NCBI GenBank assembly: GCA_963733095.1 | Contig: CAVTBV010000009.1 | Span: forward strand, 64,001 to 128,000 | Length of the DNA: 64,000 nucleotides | DNA from: Candidatus Bathyarchaeota archaeon | GTDB taxonomy: Archaea; Thermoproteota; Bathyarchaeia; Bathyarchaeales; Bathycorpusculaceae | Reading direction: 5' to 3' | In this document: piece by piece, positions 41,824 through 50,718 of the stretch | Layout of the letters: every line of letters begins with the position of its first letter | Position numbering within the stretch: the first letter of the stretch is position 1 | Made by a program: the position numbers and the translations under genes | The notes under the pieces: generated by a model | Seen by the model: only the letters and a program-made list of their open reading frames with translations | What the model was told of the DNA's origin: nothing | Database searches by the model: none

Positions 41824-41916
41824 TCGATTATAAAATACGCGCGCATGAATATTTACCCGCATCTATTTATTTTTACACTGGAAAAAAAGTGTAGACCTCA
41901 AGTTTTCAGCAGGTCA

Positions 41917-42252
41917 TTATTTGTAATGGGTTAAAGCTACAATTAGCCCAATTATTGCGCCAAGTAAAACCAGCAAGCCGCCCAGTCCACCGCCGATGAA
42001 TCCCACAATTAACAGCACTATAGCCCAGACAAGAGTAGTGACGCTTTTTGCACCAATTACCGCTATGACGCCGCAGATTAACATTACAATTCCACTGTAC
42101 CCAAAAGAGTAGACACTCCAATAGAAGAATGATGGTCCTCCGAATCCTATTGAAAGTAAACTCAGCAGCCCAAAGATTACCAAAAGAATGCCACCGACAA
42201 GCGCTAAGATATAAGCCACTTGCCCTAAAGAAGTTCGAGCCATTTTATCCAT
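41917..42252 (-). CDS. Small Gly-rich 4-TM membrane protein
   Basis: GGAGGTGA RBS; hydrophobic ORF. Confidence 0.75.
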   Translation of the reverse strand: MDKMARTSLGQVAYILALVGGILLVIFGLLSLLSIGFGGPSFFYWSVYSFGYSGIVMLICGVIAVIGAKSVTTLVWAIVLLIVGFIGGGLGGLLVLLGAIIGLIVALTHYK

Positions 42253-42475
42253 TCACCTCCTACCTGGATTACTTGTTGAGTGCAGTCAAAAGAGTCGGTT
42301 GTTTTGCCTTTCTTCTTTTTTTGCAGTGCCACTTTTTTGTAGGCTTCCGATATAAAATTAACACATGAAATAATCTCAAACCTCCGTCATTTTCTTATTA
42401 CCGCGAATTCTAGTGTTTATCTCACCTGCACTCAATGATTTCCAGTAGTTTCCTAAAGAAAAGAAAGTTTTTTGC

Positions 42476-42802
42476 TTATGATAATACGAAGCCGATAACA
42501 AAACCAACAACGAGCCCTAATCCTAGCGGCAGCATACCCATGAGAAGTACTCCATATTGTATTGCTATGGGACCGTATGTGTCTGCAATGCCTTTTAAGG
42601 CGCCAAGACTTAAACCGAAAAATCCAAAGTAAGCAACTACGACCAGTATAATGGCCGCTATAATCGCGATCTTCAGCATCTTGTGTACTAGATAGCCCAC
42701 GATAAGTCCGATAACAAATGGAATAATCATCAAAATTAATGGTGGAATACCGCCGATGCTTCCAGAGGTAATAAAATTAATAACTTGATCTATTGCACCC
42801 AA
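42476..42802 (-). CDS. FUN14-like small membrane protein
   Basis: F.IGLIVGY.V.K.LK and GL.VGFVIG patterns. Confidence 0.65.
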   Translation of the reverse strand: MGAIDQVINFITSGSIGGIPPLILMIIPFVIGLIVGYLVHKMLKIAIIAAIILVVVAYFGFFGLSLGALKGIADTYGPIAIQYGVLLMGMLPLGLGLVVGFVIGFVLS

Positions 42803-42945
42803 AATTCACAACTCCAGACAAGTTACTTAGCGGTTCAAATTACTTATAAGCTAGTGTTGCTGTGCTCCTACAGTCACACAGCTATTTTTCCAAATGGTCC
42901 AATACTCATGCAAGTAAGAATAGTTGTTTAAGTTGGTTTTTGATA

Positions 42946-43380
42946 ATGGCTGCTCCAGATGATATAAAAAATATTCTTGGTTCAAACGAAAAGGTTGAGC
43001 TGTACATTGAAGAAAAAATTTATCATCCTCGAATTAACATTGAATCTGTGATAATTACTAATGAACGGATAATTTTTCGGCATCCTCATGCGCTTGGTTT
43101 GAAGAAGGATTACACCGATTACAGTTACAGAGACATCACAAACGTAACGTTGGACAAAGGAATATTGCGTTCAACCATCAAACTTGCACTTAAACACATG
43201 GAAGGATCGAAGGGAAGCCAGCAAGAAGGAGAAATTCTAGATTTAGGTAACTTGCCAAACGACCTTGCAGAAGAAAGATATGGTATCATCAGAGAAAATA
43301 TTGGCAAATTCCAATCGCCTTTTTCAACTGGTTATGCTAACATTCCAAACGCGGAAGCCGCGGGTTCAAATCCCTCCTAA
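42946..43380 (+). CDS. Bacterial-PH-domain protein
   Basis: ITNERIIF, DY.Y.DI.NV.L.KGIL.S.I; the 3' end runs through a tRNA-like fragment. Confidence 0.8.
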   Translation: MAAPDDIKNILGSNEKVELYIEEKIYHPRINIESVIITNERIIFRHPHALGLKKDYTDYSYRDITNVTLDKGILRSTIKLALKHMEGSKGSQQEGEILDLGNLPNDLAEERYGIIRENIGKFQSPFSTGYANIPNAEAAGSNPS

Positions 43381-43394
43381 TGCGGGTTCAAACC
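43351..43394 (+). repeat. tRNA variable-loop/T-arm fragment with partial tandem duplication
   Basis: GCGGAAGCCGCGGGTTCAAATCCC followed by GCGGGTTCAAA. Confidence 0.6.
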
Positions 43395-43524
43395 AAATAA
43401 CGAAAGTTTGTGGTTGGTGCATGACAGTCACAATATCTTATCTATCAAGCAGCCTATACTGTGTATTAAGAAATTGTATTGAGGCTTGAATAACTTAATG
43501 CAGTAAAATCAATGAAAGAAACAC

Positions 43525-45219
43525 GTGTGTTTAATGCAAAAGGAAGCAAAATTAAACTTGAACAAGAAAATATCAACAACTCTGCTCATATCAATTCTCT
43601 TAGCAAGCATTATAATTTTTGTGCTCCTTGGACCGGTAGAAATGGTCAAAGCAGACAACCAAAACAATAATTCAAACGGAGCCTCCACCTCTTGGCCAAT
43701 GTTCCATTCGGACCCAACTCATAGTGGTACAGGAACTGGCGGTCCATTACTTAATCCAACAGTACTATGGAAGTACAATACTTTTGCTGATGATTCAGGT
43801 CATGTTTATTCTTCTCCCGCTGTTGAAAATGGAGTCGTTTTCGTAAGCTCTTGGGATTTCAAAATCGTTTCCAAGAGTGTAGTCACAAATTACGGCAACC
43901 TCTATGCATTAAACGCTTCTAACGGCGACAAAATCTGGAACTGCTCAGTCGGACCAGTTACCTATTCTTCTCCTGCAGTTAAAAACGGGATTGTTGTAGT
44001 AGGTTCTTCGAGCGGTAACATTTCGGCAGTGAATGCTACTGATGGTAATCTTCTTTGGGCATACCAAACTGGCAGCAGCATTGAATCTTCTGCTGCAATC
44101 GTCAAAGACATAGTTTACATAGGGTCATTAGACGGCAATGTTTACGCTTTGAATCTTTTAACTGGTGTGAAAGTTTGGAACTCCACTATTGGCGCTGTCT
44201 ATTCCTCTCCTGCAGTTGTTAACAATGTAGTGTACGCTTGTTCTAACAATGGAGATTTCTGCGCTCTGAATGCCACTAATGGTGACCAAATCTGGAATTA
44301 CACCAGTCAAATATATTCCAACCATGGAAATTATCTCTACTCTTCTCCAGCAATCGCCAACGGCATGGTATACATGGGCTCGTATAATAATGACGCCTTT
44401 GCTTTGAACGCCACAAATGGAAAGTTAATTTGGAAGTACGCTACGGGCAGTGAAATTGCTTCATCTCCAGCAGTAATAAAGGGTATAGTTTACATAGGTT
44501 CATATGACGGCAATGTTTACGCTTTAAATGCCACCAACGGAGCAAAAATCTGGAGCATCTATCTCAACCAGATTGGTTGGTCGTCTCCCGCGGTTGCTAA
44601 CAATGTATTGTACATTGGATCAGAAGATGGTAATGTTTACGCAGTAAACGCTTTCAACGGTGCAGAACTTTGGAGTTACGATACTGGCAGTCTTCAACTT
44701 GATTCGTCTCCAGCGGTGGTTAATGGTATCGTCTACATTGGTTCATCGAATGGGTACGTTTACGCTTTTGGCACTCCTACACCTATTGTAACACCACCTC
44801 CAAGCCCAACTCCAATAATGACAGACCCCACTGCGACACCAACACCACCAAATCCAACACCAACGCCTATACCAACGGCTACATCCACTCCTCTCCCAAC
44901 CCCAACCGTAACTCCAATCCCTAACTTTACCGATCAAACATCGGCATCTACTCCTACGCCTTCACCGACCCCGACAACTACCTCAACACCTATTCCTATA
45001 TCCGACCCCACTCCTACTTCGACAGCTGCTACTACTCAGACATCTTCATCAACAGCTACAAACACTTCTACAGTTTCACCTATTCAATCCCACTCGCTCG
45101 CAGGAGTTGAAACGGATATTCTTCCTCATGAAGTCTTCTATTCCATTGCAGCCACAATCATAGCAGCCATTGCAGTCACAACGATAATAATACTCAGAAA
45201 AAAGAAAATAGAGCTTTAA
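43525..45219 (+). CDS. Surface PQQ-like (BamB-type) beta-propeller protein with P/T linker and C-terminal TM anchor
   Basis: WPMFH.D..H.G, repeated SSPAV...VYIGS.DG.VYALNA..G..IW units, PT repeats, TM + RKKK. Confidence 0.92.
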   Translation: MCLMQKEAKLNLNKKISTTLLISILLASIIIFVLLGPVEMVKADNQNNNSNGASTSWPMFHSDPTHSGTGTGGPLLNPTVLWKYNTFADDSGHVYSSPAVENGVVFVSSWDFKIVSKSVVTNYGNLYALNASNGDKIWNCSVGPVTYSSPAVKNGIVVVGSSSGNISAVNATDGNLLWAYQTGSSIESSAAIVKDIVYIGSLDGNVYALNLLTGVKVWNSTIGAVYSSPAVVNNVVYACSNNGDFCALNATNGDQIWNYTSQIYSNHGNYLYSSPAIANGMVYMGSYNNDAFALNATNGKLIWKYATGSEIASSPAVIKGIVYIGSYDGNVYALNATNGAKIWSIYLNQIGWSSPAVANNVLYIGSEDGNVYAVNAFNGAELWSYDTGSLQLDSSPAVVNGIVYIGSSNGYVYAFGTPTPIVTPPPSPTPIMTDPTATPTPPNPTPTPIPTATSTPLPTPTVTPIPNFTDQTSASTPTPSPTPTTTSTPIPISDPTPTSTAATTQTSSSTATNTSTVSPIQSHSLAGVETDILPHEVFYSIAATIIAAIAVTTIIILRKKKIEL

Positions 45220-45220
45220 G

Positions 45221-45274
45221 AAAAAAGAGAAAATGCGGGTGATATATCCACTTTCGACGGGATTCAATTCCAAC
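45221..45274 (+). mobile_element. att-like composite site 1 (motif + degenerate T-arm)
   Basis: AAAAAAGAGAAAATGCGGGTGATATATCCACTTTCGACGGGATTCAATTCC. Confidence 0.7.
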
Positions 45275-45583
45275 TTTGATTGGAAAAAGCTGAGGATTCG
45301 CCCTCGATCCCAAGTTAAGTAAGTTACTCCGACTCCAATTCCGAACTTTCTGCATGCCAAGTTTACTCAATTGTAAGGCCTCAGTCAAAAAATCGAAAAA
45401 TTAAGGTCTTTCTGAAAATCCGTCCAGAAAAAATCCACTTGGGAACAAGCTGCCGGGAATAAAGTAACGCAGGAATTGGTATTCGTCGAATGCCGTAAAT
45501 ACACCTCTGAATAGCCTATCTTTGTTATTCCTTTAAAAAAACTACCCAAATCAAGAATTATGAAAATGCGAATCGGAAAACAT

Positions 45584-45646
45584 AAAAAAAGGGTTTTGGT
45601 TGAAATCTCTTTCAGGGCGCAGGATCAAATCCCTCCCCGCCCGCCA
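45584..45646 (+). mobile_element. att-like composite site 2 (degenerate motif + tRNA 3' end CCCGCCC-G-CCA)
   Basis: AAAAAAAGGGTTTTGGTTGAAATCTCT...GCAGG ATCAAAT CCCTC CCCGCCC G CCA; same spacing and tRNA end as the 54621 site. Confidence 0.65.
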
Positions 45647-45880
45647 CAAGAAAATCTGTATCCGCAGTCACGACAGGAGTACAGCTGAACATTCCCTTTT
45701 TGTGTCTGTCTTTTTCCGTCTTTGTAGTTTCTCTGACTGCCACACTCGGGGCATGTTACCTTTGGTTTGATATAATTACCGTTGAGAACATCCTTTGAGA
45801 TGATTTTTCCACAATGTGGACAATTGAAGACTTTTTGTTACATGCTTGTTCATCCCGTATTTTTTGCCAAGTATGCCCAA

Positions 45881-45944
45881 AGAAAAATGGGGTTTTGCGA
45901 GTGAAACCTCTTCTCTTCCTGGGTTCAAATCCCCCCCCAGTCCA
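45881..45944 (+). mobile_element. att-like composite site 3 (degenerate motif + tRNA-Ala-like 3' end)
   Basis: AAAAATGGGGTTTTGCGAGTG...GGGTTCAAATCCCCCCCCAGTCCA. Confidence 0.65.
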
Positions 45945-46228
45945 CTTCAACATCAATTTTCTGATTCACAGTGTTCTAATAAAATCAAATCCAACATCAC
46001 CCGCAAAAACGTGTTAGTGCGCAGGTGTAAAAGTCTCTAACGCAGCGAATTAAGAGAAAAGAGGGTTTTCTGAGGCTCTGGACTTCATGGAGAAAAGAGC
46101 GAAATGCAGAAACGCTCTTCAACTATGACAAGGTGAATATCATCCAAAGCCTACTCAGCCCCATTTATTTCTCCGCTGTTTCTTTAAACAAAAAAAGGGA
46201 AAGGTGTTTGTTGTTTGGTTACTTTTGT

Positions 46229-48877
46229 TTATGCTCGTTTCTTTATGACTATCAATGCAAGTATTGCCCCGACTATTGCGATTGCAACAATAATTCCTGT
46301 TATTCCGGGCAGTATGTATGTGTCAGCCATTGAATGTGTTGGTTCTTGAGTTGACGCTGGGGTTGCTGCTGCGTCTACTGCAAACGATGTTTCTGCAGAT
46401 GATCCATAATATGAGTTTGAGCCTGCAAAGGTTGCTATGACAGTGTATTTGCCGGTGATATCAGGTGTCCATTGTAGGCTGTAGGCTCCGCTTGCGTCGC
46501 TGACTGTGTTTCCAATACTGCGGTAGTTACCGTTTGAATCGATAACCGCGATGCTGATTGGGACGCCTGTTGTGTTTGTCGGTTTATCTTGCTGCATGTA
46601 CACGTATTCCATCCATAGCTTCATGCTTGCGTCAGATACACATGGCACTCCATTGGGGAATTTTGCTGCTTGCTCTTCTTGTGTTGTTCCTGCAGCGATA
46701 TCGCTGACTGTGCCTCGTATTACTAGGCTTTGGCCTTGAGTAACTGCAGCTAATGGTGCATCAACTGTTAGTTTGCTGGCGCCTTTGCCAACTGAGTAGA
46801 CTTGCATGTCATAGATGTTTAGGTATGTGAAGTATCCGTCTGCAACAATGTCGTACTGGCCAACGTACATGCCTGTGCCCATTCCAGTGAGAGTCCAGAT
46901 TTCTTCGCCTGTGGTGGCATTTAAGCATCTGTATTGTGCGTCTTTGTAGAGTGGTTGGTTTGGTGAATGCTCTGTTGTTCCGACGTAGACTTTTCCGTCA
47001 GCGATGACGTCTATGAATAAGGGGTAGTGGCTATAGACTGTGTTTTCGCCTGAGTATGTACTGTTGCCTTCTCCGCCTCTGCCATAACTCCACAGCAAGT
47101 CACCTGTTGCGTCATTATAGCAGTAGACTATACCGTCGTAACCTGCAGCGTACAGATTACCATACGCACTAAGTGTGTCTCTTCTCAGGGTATCCCATTC
47201 TACTACGGGTGTTTTTGCAGTCCAGAGGTGGTTTCCGTTGTCAAGGCTGAAGCCGTTGAATTCTAGGGTTTCTTTATCTTCTGTGACAAAGGTATTTGCA
47301 ATTGAATCAACTGCTACAAGTACTCTGGTTACGTTGCTGTCGGCTGGTGCATAATACTTTGTCCATAGAACGCTGCCTGCGCTGTTGGGGTCTATTTTTA
47401 CCAAGGTTATATTTGCGCCGGAGCTTTCTGCTCTTGGACCAGCTCCCAAGTTACCTTGGAGGAGGAGTAATTTGTCACCGACAATTACGTCTCTATAGAT
47501 AGTCCAGCCTTGTCCTGTAAGCGATGATACGGATACGTTCCAATCGTACATGCGGGAGTCGGTTGCATTGAAAGATGATGTCGGGTACCAGTTGCCTGCT
47601 CCAATCTGGCCTGCTGATAGTTGAGTATATTTTGATGAGTTCCATTCGCTCAGGTAATACGTGGGGTTTGATGTAGTGCCGAGGTTTGTCAATGAGTAAA
47701 TAAGGTATTCGCCACTCGGACCTGCTGCTGATGCGCCGTTTGCAGAGTTAGCTGCTAAAGTGGCAGATGCGGCTGATCCTGAAGGAACGTTAGTTAGGCT
47801 CATTCCGGTGAGTACGCCTGTTCTAGCATCATATGCTCTCCAGACTGTTCCGAGACCAGTCACTGTGGTTGTTGCTATTAGTAGACCGTTGGGTAATACA
47901 CCATGTTGGTTTCCATCTTCGTAGGCGTACAGGTAGCCGAAGCTTGGTACTATAGATACGCCTGTTGCGGTTGTGTTGATGCGCCAATTTTCTTTGCCTG
48001 TTTGCAGGTCTACTGAAACGTAGTCTCCGCCGCTGCCTGAGTTGCCATATGGTTCTTGATAGAAGAGGTTTCCCTGCATAACGATAGCGTTACTGAAGCG
48101 GGGATTGTATGAGCTGCCTGTGTAATATCCTTCACCTAGGTTTGTGGTTGAAGTCCCGCCGACAACCCCGCCAAATTGCAATGGTTTGGTCCACATAACA
48201 TGTGAAGTCTCAGGTCCTGATCCATCTTTCTGGTATCTACCGTAACCTGAACCACCTGTAGCGGTAGCACCTGTGCGGATGTAGGGTCCATTTAGCCAGT
48301 TGGAGGATATTAAGAACCAGTCCGAGTTTTCACCGTTTATTGGTCTACTCCAGTATTCGCTTGGAAGAGCAGCGCTTGGCGATATACCTTCAGTTTGTTC
48401 TTCCTGCACAGTTAGTTTCGTTACCGCTTGCGCAGGCTGATAGACGTCGTTTTGATAGGGACCGCTCCAGGTGTGTGTTTGTCCAGCATAGTTGAAAGTC
48501 ATGGTATAGGTTCCTACTGTATCAGGGGTAAACGAGTATGATTGTATGCCTGTTGTATCTTGAACTACAGCCCAAGTTTCAGTCTTGCTTGTCCCGTCCG
48601 GTTGAGTAATAGTCAATGTGTAGTCATGTCGACGAACGTCGTTGGTCACCAACGCACCATTTAAGGGTATATCAACCCACATGTAAATGTACACTGTCTG
48701 ACCAATCCCCACAGGATTTGGAGCAGCAGATACATAAGCGTATGATTTAATGTCCCAAGCAGGTGTATGTCCACTAGCAGTAGATAGAGTCGTCAATGGA
48801 ACAGCAATGGATACTACTAGAAACAACGTAATAATTGACAGTGCCTTTTTCGATAATGTATTTTTTTGTAGATTCAT
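46229..48877 (-). CDS. Large secreted PQQ-like beta-propeller protein with Ig-like domains and C-terminal anchor
   Basis: Signal peptide, PNPVGIGQ, YW.RPI, W-containing propeller repeats, IADGKVY...EHS, G.YTV.ATFAGS.SYYGS, TM + KKR. Confidence 0.88.
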   Translation of the reverse strand: MNLQKNTLSKKALSIITLFLVVSIAVPLTTLSTASGHTPAWDIKSYAYVSAAPNPVGIGQTVYIYMWVDIPLNGALVTNDVRRHDYTLTITQPDGTSKTETWAVVQDTTGIQSYSFTPDTVGTYTMTFNYAGQTHTWSGPYQNDVYQPAQAVTKLTVQEEQTEGISPSAALPSEYWSRPINGENSDWFLISSNWLNGPYIRTGATATGGSGYGRYQKDGSGPETSHVMWTKPLQFGGVVGGTSTTNLGEGYYTGSSYNPRFSNAIVMQGNLFYQEPYGNSGSGGDYVSVDLQTGKENWRINTTATGVSIVPSFGYLYAYEDGNQHGVLPNGLLIATTTVTGLGTVWRAYDARTGVLTGMSLTNVPSGSAASATLAANSANGASAAGPSGEYLIYSLTNLGTTSNPTYYLSEWNSSKYTQLSAGQIGAGNWYPTSSFNATDSRMYDWNVSVSSLTGQGWTIYRDVIVGDKLLLLQGNLGAGPRAESSGANITLVKIDPNSAGSVLWTKYYAPADSNVTRVLVAVDSIANTFVTEDKETLEFNGFSLDNGNHLWTAKTPVVEWDTLRRDTLSAYGNLYAAGYDGIVYCYNDATGDLLWSYGRGGEGNSTYSGENTVYSHYPLFIDVIADGKVYVGTTEHSPNQPLYKDAQYRCLNATTGEEIWTLTGMGTGMYVGQYDIVADGYFTYLNIYDMQVYSVGKGASKLTVDAPLAAVTQGQSLVIRGTVSDIAAGTTQEEQAAKFPNGVPCVSDASMKLWMEYVYMQQDKPTNTTGVPISIAVIDSNGNYRSIGNTVSDASGAYSLQWTPDITGKYTVIATFAGSNSYYGSSAETSFAVDAAATPASTQEPTHSMADTYILPGITGIIVAIAIVGAILALIVIKKRA

Positions 48878-48933
48878 TTGTTTTTTTCTCCTTTTGTGGC
48901 TTAATGTTTGTAAATATAACAGTAATAAGGCTG

Positions 48934-48950
48934 GCTCACCTATCGTGAGT
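48934..48950. promoter_or_regulatory. Palindromic operator copy 1 (GCTCAC-N5-GTGAGT)
   Basis: Inverted repeat repeated at 49138; lies in a divergent intergenic region. Confidence 0.65.
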
Positions 48951-49137
48951 ACAAAATTCAGCCATAGTTCCACAAAAAGAGGCAAAGAAGAAAAATATAA
49001 ATCAAAGACAACAACGAATAACGATGCATTAGTGTACGATTGTAGAAATTGTCTTTTTATTTTTGATTTTCTAGCAGACTCATTTTTTTCCTTCTTTTTA
49101 TGAACCTTTAAACATGTAAGAAGCGCTAATAAGCTTC

Positions 49138-49154
49138 GCTCACTTATCGTGAGC
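49138..49154. promoter_or_regulatory. Palindromic operator copy 2 (GCTCAC-N5-GTGAGC)
   Basis: Near-identical to the 48934 copy; both preceded by TAATAAG. Confidence 0.65.
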
Positions 49155-49322
49155 TCGAAAAACCGTTTATTGGCTAATCTTCACCGAGTATTTTGCCAGC
49201 TACCTTTTTGTAACTGGCGTCAAAGAGAGGATGCCAATAAGTCACACAAATCTGTCGTAAGTATAAAATATTAAGTAAACTATACGAGATTGTTAAAGAT
49301 ACACTAATGGTGAATTTACACG

Positions 49323-50015
49323 ATGGACCCTTATGCTTATCAAACATTCCGAGTTATCTATGAAGTTACTTCGGCTATTTTTTGTTTTGTTCTTGTAAGA
49401 TTCATGATTAAACCCTACCAGATCACTAAGGAGAGTCGATACCTTGGACTGCCTCTCGGATTTGGGTTTCTTGGAGCAACCTACGCTTTATCTTCCTTTG
49501 TTTACTTCAAACCATATTTTTTTGGCAGTGGAACAATATATTTTCAACTCGTAGTAAGAACTTTCGCATTTATTTTTCTGTGCGTTACTTATTATTTTTC
49601 AAGGAAAAGTGGCGATAGTAGAAGGCTCTGGAATACTACTTTGGCTTTATTAATTATCGCTTTTGTAGCTTTATTTCTGCTCGTTACTATTCCTAATGTT
49701 GCTCTACCTAGTTATCAGCTTACAAGTACCTTTACCAGATTCTTCAATCTAATTTGCATCGCTTATCTTTGTGCCCACACTCTTAGAAGCCATATAGAAA
49801 AGCCCGATCCAGAAACGCTTTGGATCCCATTTGGTTATTTTCTTCTGGGAATAAGCCAGTATTCACTAATCATTTATTCTATAGACAATAGTATGTCTGC
49901 GTGGTGGGGGGCACTGGCAATTCGTTGGGTAGGTCTAGCCGTGTTTCTTTTTGTCACAATCAAATCTTTTTACGGCAACAAAAAGAGGAGAATAAATGAA
50001 ACAAATCGCACGTAG
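49323..50015 (+). CDS. 7-TM membrane protein (possible sensor)
   Basis: Seven hydrophobic segments; overlaps the downstream wHTH gene. Confidence 0.75.
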   Translation: MDPYAYQTFRVIYEVTSAIFCFVLVRFMIKPYQITKESRYLGLPLGFGFLGATYALSSFVYFKPYFFGSGTIYFQLVVRTFAFIFLCVTYYFSRKSGDSRRLWNTTLALLIIAFVALFLLVTIPNVALPSYQLTSTFTRFFNLICIAYLCAHTLRSHIEKPDPETLWIPFGYFLLGISQYSLIIYSIDNSMSAWWGALAIRWVGLAVFLFVTIKSFYGNKKRRINETNRT

Positions 50016-50274
50016 AGACAGAATGAAAATTTATGGCGACCTTTTGTCAATATTGTACGCCGAAAGTAGAGAAGAAAAAATAGTGTTAACGCATGTTCAA
50101 GTACAGATTAGAGTTCCTTTTGATAGGTTAAAAACTTACATATCAGAACTTAATGATTTAGGCTTAATTGAGGATCAGACTTCGCTTAAGCTTACAGAAA
50201 AAGGTAAACAGTATATCATTGAATACAAGAAAGTTCTTGATTTTATGAAACGCATGGGCGTAGCCTACCGGTAG
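49996..50274 (+). CDS. Winged-helix DNA-binding protein
   Basis: RRDRMKIYGDLL, YI.EL..LGLI, LTEKG; AGGAG RBS. Confidence 0.85.
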   Translation: MKQIARRDRMKIYGDLLSILYAESREEKIVLTHVQVQIRVPFDRLKTYISELNDLGLIEDQTSLKLTEKGKQYIIEYKKVLDFMKRMGVAYR

Positions 50275-50629
50275 ACAATACCAAAATAGTTGAATCAATG
50301 AATGATACTACTACTCTATAACCGATACTTTGAATTTTATGGATTTAGAGGAAGGTACATTGGTTAAGCTCTGCGTATTTATTGGGGAGGTCAGAGTAGA
50401 AAGACCTCACTTACTGATAGGTTTGTTTTTGTGATGGGTTGTTTTAGGATGACAGTATTTGTTCTGCTTTTTGTTCGTCAAAATTGTGTTTAGACAGTAG
50501 CTTGTGCCATTCGAGGTGAGCGCAAAGTAAGTATCGGGTGATTCTTGTAAAACCCCAATTCGTTGGCAAACATAACTCGCTCTTGACTCTTGCCCATGGA
50601 ACATATAAAATGAAGTAAGAGTTAGCATT

Positions 50630-50662
50630 AAAAATGGGAATTGCGGGTGTACACTTCACTAT
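50630..50662 (+). mobile_element. tRNA-less copy of the att-like motif upstream of the integrase
   Basis: AAAAATGGGAATTGCGGGTGTACACTTCACT versus AAAAAAGGGAATATGCGGGTGATATATCTACT at 56718. Confidence 0.55.
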
Positions 50663-50718
50663 TAGTTAGCTTTTGAGATAGTTTGATATACCACACAAAA
50701 CATGTGGAGTGTGGTTGA

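Noticed and set aside
44770-45080. CCAAC/ACTCC-rich repeats (also 54320-54450 and 62750-62830)
   Set aside because: They encode Pro/Thr linkers of surface proteins.
48878-48985. N-terminal extension of the 918-aa ORF
   Set aside because: GGAG RBS and signal peptide point to ATG 48877; the extension covers promoter/operator DNA.
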